Below, one piece after another: positions 42,601-57,349 of a DNA stretch of 64,000 nucleotides; the stretch's first letter is position 1; each line of letters opens with the position of its first letter. The notes below the pieces were generated by a model, which was not told the DNA's origin, made no database searches, and saw only the letters and a list, made by a program, of their open reading frames with translations. Made by a program: the position numbers and the translations under genes. The stretch comes from the human T2T-CHM13v2.0 reference genome, Homo sapiens: assembly GCF_009914755.1 (NCBI RefSeq), contig NC_060940.1; one strand, written 5' to 3'.

Positions 42601-42856
42601 ATCTGCCGTGGGTGACTCCCACTGAGACAGAAGAAGAAAGGCAAGAAAAGCCTGAATTTATTTCTCTATTCTCTTTCCTCTCCCCACTCTCCTTACTCCA
42701 TCTGGGGGTCAAAGAATAGGAAATATTCTTCAGAGTTGCTGAAGCTGGGTAGTAAGTTCAGCATGGCACTGTGTTACTGTAGGTGGGGCATCATCTGTAA
42801 CTTTTTCATGAATAAGACTCTGTAACCGAGTTTCCCACTAGAACTTTATGGTTCTT

Positions 42857-43165
<309 letters not shown>

Positions 43166-43479
43166 TCATGCAAAGGAGTGTAAACTTTTAGGGGTTTTAC
43201 ATATTGTTTAAGGATGTGTTTTAGTCTTCCCATAATAATTTAGTTTGCTTGAGGAGCTTGATATTAGCAGGTCCTAAAGGGATGGAAGACAGGAGATACC
43301 CTCAGCCATCCAGTCCCCCAAAAGCATCCCTGAGATGCTTGCCTCATGACATAGCCCAAGAGCACACAGGCTTACATATGCTGAATGAACAGTCAACGAT
43401 CAATCAATTGAAGACACCCAGAGATCCTTTCTTTATAGCAATCATGACCAAAGCAACTTTAGAAATGGACACATATCTT

Positions 43480-43764
<285 letters not shown>

Positions 43765-44339
43765 GGACACATATCTTGAATGAATTCTACCTGACTGACC
43801 TACAGAGACCATATCCTACCAAAGACTCTGTTTAATCCTGTCTAAATTTATACTACTGGTTTAAACAAACTATTCTGTAGTGTTTTAGAGAAATCGTGTC
43901 TACTTAGCAAAAACTCCAAGTTCTTTCATTATTTTGTAAACTTATTCAGGCAATGACTTGCCTCCAATAAATGGTGTACTAGTTCAGGTTCAATACCCTT
44001 TGTTACCAAGTGATTTCCATGGAATAGGTATTTGCTGTGATTGGACTTAAACATAAATAATTACCATTAGAATATTAGTATATCATAAAGGAAGGCACAT
44101 GAAGAATCAACATCTCAAGAGACACCTAAGAAATAAATGGACAGGCTTCCCTCTGCTGAATAACAGCTTTCAAACACAATGTATGTTGTTGAGTGAATTA
44201 ATTTATGAGTTACTAGTTAAAAAGCAGAACCAGGACTACTCTGCTTGCTTTGTGCAGGGCATAGTACCACTATATAATCACACACAGGCAGGGGCCAAGA
44301 TGCAAGGCGGTACTGTCAAAATATACAAATGGTGCTCTT

Positions 44340-44525
44340 AGGGGAAGTCTGAGCTGTGGTCTGGCTCAACCATTAAGCTACTATGTGAACTTGTGAATAT
44401 CATTTAACGTCTCTTGGCTCTATTTTCCTTGAACATAAAATGAATAAAATGTGGAACTCTTGTCAATAACATGGTTCTACTTCTTTGTAAGATAAATAAA
44501 TGAAATAATATTGAAATACTCTTTC
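44340..44525 (+). mobile_element. MIR
   Basis: CTATGTGAACTTG...CATTTAAC...CTCT...TTTTCCT...TAAAATG, then TAAATGAAATAAT. Confidence 0.6.
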
Positions 44526-44757
44526 CTTTTAAAATGGAAGCGCTCAAGAGCCTCCCAGCCTACGTGGTATGAGCATGAGGTCAGTGGTGAGGAGAGGTGT
44601 GTGCCCTGAAAGGTCCATCAGCCCCATGGGTCCTCAACCATTATTGGGTCATGAGTTATCTTATTCCTCGTCATGTGCAATGCAGTACATAATCGTTATG
44701 GAACTTTGTTTAATACCAGAAGCCGAAAAATAAAGTAGGGAGCGTATTGAAATGAAT

Positions 44758-45040
44758 GGCCAGGCACAGTGGCTCAGGGAGGTCAAGGCAGGAGGATGGC
44801 TTGAGCCTGGGAGTTTGAGACCAGCCTGGGCAAATAGCAAGTCTCTGTCTCTACAAAATAAAATAAAAATAGCCAGGCATACTAGCACTCGTGCCTGTAG
44901 TCCTAGCTACTCAGGAGGCTCAGGCGGGAGGATCATTTGAGTCCAGGAGTTTGAGGCTGCAGTGAGCAATGATCATACCACTGCACTCCAGGCTGTGCAA
45001 CAGACTAAGACCTTGCCTATAAAAAAAAGAAAAGAAAAAA
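44758..45040 (+). mobile_element. Alu (AluJ-like) with a left-arm deletion
   Basis: GGAGGATGGCTTGAGCCTGGGAG; GAAATGAA flanks both ends. Confidence 0.9.
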
Positions 45041-46406
45041 GAAATGAAGCTTCATGAGGAGATTAAAATAGTAAGAATTGTGCCAAATTGCTTCCAGATG
45101 TTCACAGGAGACATCTATCTGATCAAAATTCTTATATATCAACATACGACTCTATTACTTGAAAAACTTTAAAACGAACTATATGTATGTATACATATGT
45201 ATATATACACATACAACCCACAAAATTGTATTTAATTTGGCTTTCACTAACATTTTCCGTCAATACTATTTCTTTAGAGAAGGGAAACCCCACACCGCCC
45301 TGATCGCATTGTTTAAAGCACAAATACAAAATTTTTTTAAATAAATTAATTTTATAGCATAATATCTGAGAATTTCAGATATCACATCATGAAAGCAATT
45401 TTTGCCTTTTTATACTAACCCACATTTCAATTCCAAAATGACATATGAAAATAATGTCACATTCTTTTTTTTTAAACAATTCATACTTTTTCCCTTTATA
45501 ATGTCTTTTAGGTAAATTTTTAAAGTATTTTCATTAACTTAAAAAAGGCAATATTTGTTTACAAATGCTATCATTAATGACTGTCCTAAAAGCAAATTAT
45601 AATACAATTCTTAATAATGTACTAATCCAAGATAAAATAGTTTTCACTTAAAATTACCGTTTCATACCATACAAAAATGATGAACTGATTTTTAAAATTC
45701 CTAAGAGGGTTGACAAGATTATAAATTACTATGAAAATGGTCTATGGGTCAAAAAAGGTTGGGAAATGCTGATCTCTGAGGTCTACTTTAGCTCTAAAAT
45801 TCTATATTTTAAATGAGACACCTCTGACTTTTCTAAATTAGTAGAAAGTAAACTTGCAGAGACTGCTAAATTCCCCATCTCTCACACTAGATACTTCCAA
45901 TTCACCTGAATATAGCATATCAAGCCTAAAAATTTAAACAGATGAAAATCTGGAAATGGGAAAAATAGATAAATGCATTTAAAATGTGAACTTATCCACT
46001 GTGTCTTACATTTCCACATTGTCTATTTGCTGGGTTAGTAATTTACTTTCTCCAACAGGCCATTTGAGCCTCAACCATTGGGAGACAGTAGCCTACACAC
46101 ACTGTTATATACTGGTAACCAACTAGATTTAAAATGTGCCTCAATTTCTAACCAAAATTTTCAGTAATATCACTCAAGTCACCAAGAATATACTTTCAAA
46201 GAATCAAGCCAGTGACAGAATAAAGAAAAGCAACAAGACCTCAAGACATCCACATCTCTGGACTTACGGATCCGAGGAGAAGGGGTAAGGTTGCAGCCTT
46301 ATTAACAGGGGTCACCTAGTTCTTTATGTGATAGTTTGGATCTTAAATTAATATCTATCAAGGATGTAGGTTCCCAAAAAGTGGATTATAATTGGTCCTG
46401 GACTTT

Positions 46407-46620
46407 AGAGGGGTAGCAACATTTTTCTGTAAAGAGTCAGACAGTGAATGTTTTAGGGTTTGCAAGCCATACAGTCTTCCTCACAACTATTCAACCACCC
46501 TCATAATGAAACAGCAGCCATAGAATATACATAATCCATGGAGCATGGCTGTGTTCTCATAAAACTTTCTTCACAAAAAAAAGTGGTAGGCAGGACTAAG
46601 CCTGCAGTTTGCTGATCCAA
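46407..46620 (+). mobile_element. MER58A (hAT-Charlie)
   Basis: TTTTTCTGTAAAG...CAGACAGT...TTTTAGG.TTTGCA.GCCATACAGTC...GGCTGTGTTC...ATAAAACTTT...AGTTTGCTGA. Confidence 0.8.
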
Positions 46621-46819
46621 ATCTATAATAACTTTTCTAATAACGCAATTGAAGGATGGAATAATGGGTGGAGCTGTACAATAGAAATGAAAGAATTAGA
46701 GAATCTTAATGATTCCAAACACATAAATTTTAAATTTTTCTCTGATTCAGATTTGTGGCCTGTATATAGTATGATATCAAGGTGTATGTACTTCAGTTTC
46801 ACCCTTTCAAAGTGCAGTA

Positions 46820-46950
46820 AACTCGCAACTAACTCCCTGAAGAGGCAGATCAGGTAATATTTGTTCCATTTTATAGATATAAGAATTGAGGCTCAGAGAC
46901 AATGACTTCTCGAAGATGTCTGATATCATAACTGGCAGAGCTAGCTCTGT
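46820..46950 (-). mobile_element. MIR
   Basis: CCATTTTATAGAT...ATTGAGGCTCAGAGA core. Confidence 0.65.
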
Positions 46951-47146
46951 CCTAGGGTTCTTAGGCAGTTTCGTTTGCCCCTTCAAATAAAATTACTATT
47001 TAAACACACATACACGCAGAGTTTGTTTTCAAGATGAACCAATGCCATAGAGTAAAAATTTACTAATAGAATTAAGGTATTTTTGAGAAGCTTAGAAAAC
47101 AACTAAATTAGCAATAAAATGACCTAAGTTATAAAGTATCAATTCT

Positions 47147-47435
47147 GGCCAGGAACGGTGGCTGATGCCTGTAATCCCAGCATTTTGGGAGGGCAAGGCA
47201 GGCGGATCACCTGAGGTCAGGAGTTCGAGACCAGCCTGGCCAACACGGTGAAACCCCATCTCTACTAAAAATAGAAAAATTAGCCAGTTGTGGTGGTGGG
47301 CACCTGTAATCCCAGCTACTTGGGAGATTGAGGCAGGAGAATCGCTTCAACCCAGAAGCCAGAGGTTGCAGTAAGCCAAGATCATGCCATTCACTCCAGC
47401 CTAGGCAACAGAGTGAGACTCCGTCTCAGAAAAAC
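47147..47435 (+). mobile_element. Alu (AluSx)
   Basis: Dimeric Alu consensus. Confidence 0.95.
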
Positions 47436-48802
47436 ACAGAATACCAATTGACATATTTGGTTAGGGTCTTGCCTTTGAAGTTTCTTTTGCTGAGCTAGAT
47501 AATTTGCAGTTATCTCAGTTCTTAAATGTTTGGGAATCACTACCCTTTGTAACAAAGATGGCTAGATGTCTATGGTTCAGGTTTGTTGTTGTTTTTTGTT
47601 TGTTTGTTTGTTTTTTAAATCAACTCTATATACAGTCAGAATAGCAGATATATCCATTTTGCAGTGAAACTTCCTTCTATTTAAGTTTTCTTTATCCCTG
47701 CCTTTCAGTGCATTCCTTCAAAAACATATTCACGTGCTACACTCAAGTTTCACAAATTTGAAAAATCCAAACCCAAAATAGTCATGCCAGGTTTACCATG
47801 ATATTCATGTGGAATTCTTTACACTATAAAAACAAAATTTCTTTTGGGGAGTAATACTTATCAGTCAAGAGCCATTTTCACAGAATATGATGTCGGTTCT
47901 TAAGTCATGTAACAAATCGAGGTTTTGATTTGACATCATGAAAATGACAGTGTGGTAGATTAACACGTTCCTCTCATAGTTTGCATCTAATGAGAAAAAA
48001 GCAAACGCCGACTGGATACATAATGATAGGGCCTTGCCAAATGACTTTTTAGGACATTGCAGGTTTCACAGAAGGTGGAATGGAGGAAAATAATGGGAAC
48101 ACTCCAACCTCACACGGCATGTACTAGTTCAGAGAAGCTAAATTCCAAAGTACCCTTACCGTAACAGTCCCACTGTAATATTCCCGTTTCAAATTAATCC
48201 TGAGACTCCCATACTTATCCATAAGAATTTATGACAATTCATTTTCAATAAATGTGGAAGATAATAGCAAGGAAGTTTTCATTAAAGCACATTTTTAAAT
48301 TTTTCAATACTGTATTCTGAGTTGCATTATTAAATTGATCAGCTCAAAATGATGGATCAGTGATTTAGAATGAATGCAGGGTGTAAACGGAAAAATAACC
48401 ATGATAATTAAAATCATTAAAGTGATAATCCCATCAGGCTCAGAATCCAAAGAATCAACTTACGTAAAATATCAAATAAGCAAGTGTATTTCTCCACTAT
48501 TAAATCCACCATCAGTGCTTTATTTCAGCAAAACATCAAATAGAACATTAAATTAATGTTAATTTAAACTTTATGGTTTTTATAGTAAATTTATATAGTA
48601 ATCGGTAAATTTAGTTTAGTTTTACAGCTGTATAAAAGCTATATACATAGAAAATTAATGTCTAACTTAATGTTTGTACAAATTTAAATAATATGCCATG
48701 TAAAATGGCTAAAAATAATTTCCATTAATACCAGGAGTCCAAGAGAATTTCTTTCTTGAGAATTTTTTTTTTTTTAGAAAGACCACCTTAACAAAAATCA
48801 AA

Positions 48803-49110
48803 TTTGTTTTATTTTTTTGTTTGTTTATTTTGAGACGGAGTCTCGCTCTGTCACCCAGGCTGGAGTGCAGTGGCCAGATCTCAGCTCACAGCAACCTCCG
48901 CCTCCTGGGTTCAAGCAATTCTCTGCCTCAGCCTCCTAAGTAGCTGGGATTATAGGCACCCGCCACCATGCCAGGCCAATTTTTGTATTTTTAGTAAAAA
49001 CAGGGTTTCACCATCTTGGCCAGGCTGCTCTTGAACTCCTGACCTCCTGATCCACCTGCCACGGCCTCCAAAAGTGCTGGGATTATAGGCATGAGCCACC
49101 ACGCACAGCC
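48803..49110 (-). mobile_element. Alu (AluS)
   Basis: Antisense dimer with a T-rich tail. Confidence 0.95.
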
Positions 49111-49177
49111 CAAAATTCGGTTCTTTAAGAGAAGAGCTGGGAATGCACAGCCCCTTCCAATCAGGAAGCTCTATGTT

Positions 49178-49490
49178 TTATTTATTTATTTATTTATTTA
49201 TTTTTAGACGGAGTTTTGCTCTTGTTGCCCAGGCTAGAGTACAATGGCGCAATCTCGGCTAACTGCAACCTCCACCTCCTGGGTTGAAGCGATTCTTCTG
49301 CCTCAGCCTCCCAAGTAGCTGGGATTACAGATATGTGCCACCACGCCCAGCTAATTTTTTTTGTATTTTTAGTAGAGATGAGGTTTCTCCACGTTGGTCA
49401 GGCTGGTCTCGAACTCCCGACCTCAGGTGATCCGCCCGCCTCGGCCTCCCAAAGCGCTGGGATTATAGGTGTGAGCCACCGCGCCCTGCC
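49178..49490 (-). mobile_element. AluSp
   Basis: Diagnostics GCTCTTGTTGCCC, TTTCTCCACGTTGGTCAGG and ACTCCCGACCTCAGG; TSD GAAGCTCTATGTT at 49165-49177 and 49492-49504. Confidence 0.93.
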
Positions 49491-49680
49491 AGAAGCTCTA
49501 TGTTGTCTTACCAGAGCTGGAGACAGCCAGAGCTCATGAAAGCTGCTTAATTGAAGGTCATCCTCAGCATGATTTGAGCTGTCCTGCTACAGGTCTGACC
49601 AACGGCCAGACTCTTCCCCTTGTATCCCTCTGCCCCCAAGGATCTCATTTGCCTATTTTAGATTTTTCACATCATCTAAT

Positions 49681-50247
49681 TGTGATGGTTAATAGTAAGT
49701 GTCAACTTGATTGGACTGAAGGATGCAAAGTATTGTTTCTGGGTGTATTTGGGTGTCTCTGGGTGTTGCCAGAAGAGATTAACATTAGAGTTGGTGGACT
49801 GGGGGAGGAAGACCTACCCTCCCAAAGACCCACCCACAGTGTGGGTGGGCACCATCCAATTGGCTGCCAGCGCGGCTAGAAAAAGGGGGCAGAAGAAGGT
49901 GGAAGAAGCTTCCGGCCTTCATCTTTCTCCTGTGCTGGATGCTTCTTGTCCTCAAACATCAGACTCCAATTTCTTCGGCTTTTGGACTCTTTAGACTTAC
50001 ACCAGTGGTTTGCCAGGGGCTCTTGGGCCTTTGGCCATAGACTGAAGGCTGCAATTGTCGGCTTCCCCACTTCTAAGGTTTGGGGATTCGGGCTGAGTCA
50101 CTGCTGGCTTTGTTGCTCCTTAACTTGCAGACGGCCTATTGTGGGACTTCACCTTGTGATCGTGAGTCAGTTCTGCTTAATAAACTCCCTTTCATGTATA
50201 CATATATCCTATTAGTTCTATCCCTCTAGAGAACCCTGACTGATACA
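49681..50247 (+). mobile_element. MLT2A2 solo LTR (HERV-L family)
   Basis: TG...CA termini (TGTGATGGTTAAT ... GAGAACCCTGACTGATACA), AATAAA at ~50179, and 5-bp TSD CTAAT at 49676-49680 and 50248-50252. Confidence 0.92.
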
Positions 50248-50696
50248 CTAATAATAACTTAGATACCATTGTAAGAGATTTTCTTACAATGACCATCTTT
50301 TCCAAGTATCTTGAAATATACTCCTTTGCCTCCAAATTTATTTATATCTCTTGTAATAAGATTTCCAGAAAAACAGGGTGAAATTAGAAATTGCTCCATC
50401 CCTTAAACTCAGTTCAATGCAATTTAATATATACCAGCACTTACTATGTAAAAGACATTTACTAAGCATTAAGGATAGAGAGCTGAATTAAGTAATAGTC
50501 TCAGCAGCAAAATGCAGAAACTGTTTTACAGAGGTCACATTTCAGCCTCCATCCAGTGACTGTTAGGATATTTCAAGTTACCAAAGAGGAAAAAAAGTTG
50601 TTTTTGAATTTGGTGGTGTAAGTAGTCACCCATGAGGCTGAGGGTCCAGGGCGTACTCCTCTCATCACCACTGACCTCACGCTCATTCCACATAGA

Positions 50697-50995
50697 CATT
50701 TTACAGTCAAGGAAAAGTTACCTGGAACCTGATACAAAGACAAGATGTTCTCAGAGAAGAACGAACAAATGCCATGCTTACTGATCAGGGTAACAGTTGA
50801 AAACACGGGGCATGAGTTCTGTATTTCATAAAGCTGCAGGATCCAAACACTTCTCACTAGCAGCCAACCAAAGACACTGGGGATGAGTAATGAGTATACA
50901 CTACTCATTCTAAGGTTGGGAATTTCTCGTGATTGACTGACACTCCATCATGTCTCTCTAGAAGTATTTCTATTGGACCAGGCATGGTAGACATG
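50697..50995 (+). repeat. Local duplicate, copy 1 (pairs with 56356-56678)
   Basis: Manual alignment gives about 26 substitutions over ~284 bp (~91%); ATAGACA at 50692-50698 and 50996-51002. Confidence 0.95.
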
Positions 50996-51025
50996 ATAGA
51001 CAAATACTATGGGTAGTGGTGGTAG

Positions 51026-51315
51026 TTGTTTTTGAGACAGGCTTTTGCTCTGTTGCCCAGACTGGAGTGCAGTGGCATGATCATGGCTCACTGCAGCCTC
51101 AGCCTGCCAGGCCCATGTGATCCTCCTGCCTCAGCCTCTTGAGTAGCTGGGACTACAGGCACATGCCACCACACCCATCAAATTGTTGTATTTTTTTGTA
51201 GAGAAGAGATCTTACTAGGTTGCTAAGGCTGGTCTTGGACTCCTGAGCTGAAGCCATCCTCCCGCTTCAGCCTCCCAAAGTGCTAGGATTACAGACATGA
51301 GCCACAGCACCCAGC
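51026..51315 (-). mobile_element. Alu (AluJ)
   Basis: Antisense dimer with ATCATGGCTCACTGCAGCCTC. Confidence 0.92.
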
Positions 51316-51462
51316 GGCTTTGTTTTTTTTGAATCTTAATGATAATATTGGGAGTTTATGATCACTTAACTGTTCTACACAAGTTGCATGTATTATCTCA
51401 CTTAATCTTCACAACAACATTGAGGTAAGTTTAATTACCTCCATTTTAAAATGCACAAAATG

Positions 51463-52606
51463 ATCACCGCATCCACGCCAACATCTACTGTTTTTTGATT
51501 TTTTGATTATGGCCATTCTTGTGGGAGTAAGATGTGTTGTGGTTTTGATTTGCATTTCCTTGATCATTAGTGATGCTGAGCATTTTTTTTCCTATGGTTT
51601 GTTGGCCATTTGTGTATCTTCTTTTGAGAACTGTCTATTCATGTCCTTAGCCCACTTTTGGATAGGACTGTTTGGTTTTTTCTTACTGATTTGAATTCAC
51701 CGTAGATTCTGGATATTAGTCCTTTGTCAGATGTACAGATTGTGAAGATTTTCTCCCACTCTGTAGGCTGTCTGTTTACTCTGCTGACTGTTCCTTTTGC
51801 CATGCAAAAGCTCTTTAGTTTAATTAAGTCCCAACGAATTGTCTTTGTTGATATTGCATTTGCTTTTGGGTTCTTGGTCATGAAATCCTTGCTTAAGTCA
51901 ATGTCTAGAAGGGTTTTTCCAACGTTATCTTCTAGAATTTTTAATAGTTTCAGGTCTTATATTTAAGTCCTTAATTCATCTTGAGTTGATTACCACTGGT
52001 GGGAGTATAAACTAGTACAGCTACTATGTAAAACAGTGTGGAGATTCCTTAAACAACTAAAAGTAGAACTACCATTTGATCCAGCAGTCCCACTACTGGT
52101 TATCTACCCAGAGGAAAAGAAGTCAATATATGGGAAAGATACTTGCACACTCATGTTTATAGCAGCACAATTTGCAATTGCAAAATCATGGAACCAACCC
52201 AAATGCCCATCAATCAACAAGTAGATAAAGAAACTGTGGTATATATATAGATGGAATACTACTCAGCCATAAAAAGGAATGAATTAACAGGATTTGCAGC
52301 GACCTGGATGAGACTGGAGACTATTATACTAAGTGATGTAACTCAGGAATGGAAAACCAAACATTTTATGCTCTCACTGATATGTAGAAACTAAGCTATG
52401 AGGACACAAAGGCATAAGAATGATACAATGGACTTTGGGGACTTAAGAGGAAGGGTGGGAGTGGGGTGAGGGATAAAAGACTACAAATGGTGTGCAGTGT
52501 ATATGGCTTAGGTGATGGGTGCACCAAAATCTCACAAATCACCACTAAAGAACTTACTTATGTAACCAAATACCACCTGTACCCCAATAACCTATGGAAA
52601 AAGAAA
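51463..52606 (+). mobile_element. 5'-inverted (twin-primed) L1PB1, inserted in a MIR
   Basis: 51463-~51990 is antisense ORF2 (ORF 51639-51881 on minus). ~51992-52606 is sense ORF2 end plus an L1PB1-type 3'UTR. TSD AAAATGCA(C/T)AAA at 51448-51459 and 52607-52618. Confidence 0.9.
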
Positions 52607-53068
52607 AAAATGCATAAACTAGAGCAAGGATGAATGAACATCTATAGCTTACAGAACACACACAAGAAAATTAAGTTGTAAGACAACACTGCCACCTTTT
52701 AGGCCAAAAATAAATGAATTTTGGCAATTATCAACATGCATGATATATAATATGCAATGAAAAACATTTTATAAGCAAGTTCAATCCAAATACCTTCCCT
52801 TGCAGTGTAAAACAGCCTGGCCTCAATGTTCCCATTTCTAGGTCACTAGCTCATACATTAACTTAACCTACTATTGATGGAGATGACAGAGAGTCATCTT
52901 CTTTGACATCTTCAGAATTCTCAAGTAGAGAGTGAAGATGGCTTCATGTGTTAATTAATTAGAAAGTTTGCAAAAATCTGAACATATCACTTTCACTTTT
53001 CTCTCCTCAACACAGTCAGGGAGGTTTTTCTGTTTCTTATCTCATGAGACCTCCCTTGTTCTGATTAA

Positions 53069-53420
<352 letters not shown>

Positions 53421-53705
53421 CATGTGAGTTTTTAATGGTGAAAAAAATACAATAAAATCTTCATCAATATTACAAGGACAGTAAAGGATATAAATGACAC
53501 TTTAATGTAAGGCATGAGCCCCCTTTTCCTAAAACCTTCCCTCTCATACTATATATAGTGTCTTTTATATACACAAAATTATTTGCAAAGAGCTCATATG
53601 CACAGGACAAATACTATAAAATATAACTTTTAAAATGTACATAGGCAACTTAGAGATCTATATGTGTAACTAAGAATATTTTAATTCCTTGATCAATTTT
53701 CAGGG

Positions 53706-54018
53706 TTTTATTTTTGTTTGTTTGTTTCTTTTTTTTAAGACAGGGTATCACTCTGTTCCCCAGACTATAGTACAGTTACACAATCTCAGCTCACTGCAAC
53801 CTCAACCTCCTGGGCTCAAGTGATCCTCCTACCTCAGACTCCTGAATAGCTGGGACCACAGGTGTCTGCCACTGTACTCACTAATTTTTTTCATTTTCTG
53901 TAGAGATGGGGTCTCACTAGTTTGCCCAGGCTAGTCTCAAACTCCTGGGCTCAAGCGATCCTCCCATCTCAGCCCCACAAAGTGCTGTGATTACAGGGGT
54001 GAACCACCATGCCTGGCC
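53706..54018 (-). mobile_element. Alu (AluJ)
   Basis: CTCCTGGGCTCAAG(T/C)GATCCTCC in both arms. Confidence 0.92.
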
Positions 54019-54390
54019 TTTAATACTTTAAAATAGATTATTCTCAGAAAAATTGACTAAAAAATTCTCTGATATTTTGGCAGGGCCACATTTAAGCCAT
54101 CCCAGACAAGTATAAAAACCATGGTTATGGTTTCAAGACTTCCAGAAAATGTCATTTATGTTAGCCATTCATATGCTAGTGTGATTTTAACAATTATTTC
54201 TGATATTTAGCCTAAATCTCTCATATTATAAATCATATAAATTTCCTGTCATTTCTTTTTTTAGTGGACAAGAATTAGCATTAAATGGGTGATAGACTCT
54301 TAGTCTTCTAAAAAGCTGTATCAAATGAGAAGCTGTTTACTGCATATCATTAACCTAATATTTAAACTGTTTAAAAGAGATGTTATAAGT

Positions 54391-54684
<294 letters not shown>

Positions 54685-55959
54685 TTATAAAAGTTATTAA
54701 AATAATTTATAGTATTCAGATGTACTGAGTCATAATTACATATCATAGTCATTGACCAAAAATCTCAACAGAGAATCTCTACCAAACACTCTTCAGGAAA
54801 GCACCCAAGATATAATATCCCCTATTTGGGAAAGTTTCACATATGCCTGATGGAGCCTATGTTCATCAAAGTAAGCTCTGTCCCTACTCCGATCCTAGAG
54901 CAGATGGCATCACACAGCAGTTTTACAAGAACATTGGCCTCAAGTTGTTAAAAACCAAGAAATCACATGTAGGTTACTCACCTGAGTGAGTCTCTGGAGC
55001 CCCAGGACTGCAGTGAAATATACTGATCCTGGCATGAAAAGTTAATTCACTACTTCATGGCTCTCCTGCCAGATAGTTTCCTTGGCCTTCCTAACGTTCT
55101 ATTGATTTCCATTGATTGAAGTTGCTTAATTCTAAGGTGTATAAGGTGTATCTTGAAATGGACACTTCATTGGTTTTTATGTTCATTGGTTTCCACAGAC
55201 CCTCCTCAAATTGTGGCACAGAATTAAATAACTTGAAGAGCCAACTATGGATGATCAGACTTTCATTCTAAAACTAAAAGCTCCTGTTAAACACCCTTGA
55301 AAACAAAGTCAGTGCCTCATTTCCTGGATCATAGTTTATGTAGCATGGTGACTTATTATATATTAAACTTTTGGTAAAACATCAATATTCTTTCTTTTAC
55401 ATCAAAACTTCTGTGCCGGTAAAATGTCACAACATCTTCCCCCCGACCGTCTTTCTTTGCATTTCGATATGGACAAAATGAAAGTGGGATCATTCTATTT
55501 GTGGCACAATGACCACTACCAAAATTACCTAACCTATTCTAAAGCCCTTTTCTTCCAAGTGCCGCCATCTGATTTGTCAAGTCCCCTACTGAAACCACAG
55601 CACGTGGGAAACAGATGGAATAAGTCATAGTTGAGTAGGAATAGAATATATATTTCAATGGCAAGAACTAGAATAAGAAAGTAACCTGGGTAGAAATTGG
55701 AGTCAAATATCCACATGGGGCAGAGCTGAGAGTTAGAGGAGAACCAAAATCAGAGAATGATCGGGAAAGAAGCAGAAGCAGGATATGGAAGTGGGATAAA
55801 CCAAGATACACAAAATATGATGGTCATTTATCATGGCCACTCAACTTGATAATTTCCAAAAATGAAATTTTATCTTAATACACAGATTGTTCAATGTGTG
55901 GGTTCTTTAAATGAAAGTGTCTTAACCTGAACAGTTTTACCTTAATAGGAATACTGATG

Positions 55960-56090
55960 AGCCTCAGAGACTGTAAAGAGTCCCCTGAATTACTTTGCAA
56001 AATGTGGGGGGTATTGGGGGGGGAGTAAGTACAGTTTTTATCAGATTCTCGAAGGAGACTATGGCCCCTAAAACTCAAGAACTACTCGCT
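55960..56090 (+). mobile_element. hAT-Charlie fossil (MER103C-like end)
   Basis: TTTTTATCAGATTCTCGAAGG...TGGCCCC...AAGAACTACT resembles the terminus of this family. Confidence 0.45.
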
Positions 56091-56355
56091 TCTCTAGAGG
56101 ATGAAGCCACCATTATAGCCATTCCCTCTGGCAAGGGATCAACACACTGACTGCCTTGAGTGATTTCCCCTGCAGCTTTCCTTATGGGTCAGGGAACTTA
56201 CTTGAATTACAGGTCACCAGCTGTGATGGACACTCATGGCCATTTTCACTAGGATCAAAGCTTCCCCTCAAATACTCGTAGTGAACACAACGTATATAAA
56301 TAGACATATTCAGGGACATTTTAATAAAAATGTACTCTCTAGGGTTGGGGCAGGG

Positions 56356-56678
56356 CATTTTGCAGTTAAGGAAAAGCTACCTGGAACCTGATAGAAAGGC
56401 AGAATGTTCAAGGAGAAGAACAAATGAACCTGATACAAAGGCAGAATGTTCAAGAAGAACAAATGAATGCTATGCTTACCGAGCAGGGTAACAATTGAAA
56501 ACATGGGGCATGAGTTCTGTATTTCATAAAGCTGCAGGATCCAAACACTTCTCACTAGCAGCCAACCAAAGACATTGGGGATGGCTAATGAGTATATACC
56601 ACTCACTCTAAGGTTGGGAATTTCTAGTGATTGACTGACACTCCATCATATCCCTCTAGACCAGGCATGGTAGACATG
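56356..56678 (+). repeat. Local duplicate, copy 2, with an internal 42/39-bp tandem duplication (56384-56464)
   Basis: Aligns to 50697-50995; GAACCTGATA(G/C)AAAGGCAGAATGTTCAAG...AAGAACAAAT occurs twice; 15-bp deletion near the 3' end. Confidence 0.95.
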
Positions 56679-57013
56679 GCATTGGTTTACTTGTGTTGTA
56701 CCTGCTGTTGCTTCTGTATCTTCCCTGACCATAAATAGAACTTTGCTCAGTGGCTCTGTCAGCTAAACAAATGTCTATCATCATCAATTTACCATAATTA
56801 ACACCCAACACCCACCCACATACACACGTCTACCTAGAGACAAACAACAAACAAACAAAACAAACATTCATTCAAAGGTTTCAAAAACCAGACACATATA
56901 CTGAAAATGGTACATTTCTACCAAACCAACTTGGTTATGATTCAGTTTAATGGTGAGCCCTGGAGTAATACAATTCTTTTGTGTTCTGTTGAAAGTACTG
57001 AAGTTCTCTTTAA

Positions 57014-57349
<336 letters not shown>

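Noticed and set aside
50267-50291. 10-bp inverted repeat CATTGTAAGA / TCTTACAATG
   Set aside because: Short, AT-rich and within chance expectation once variable loops are allowed.
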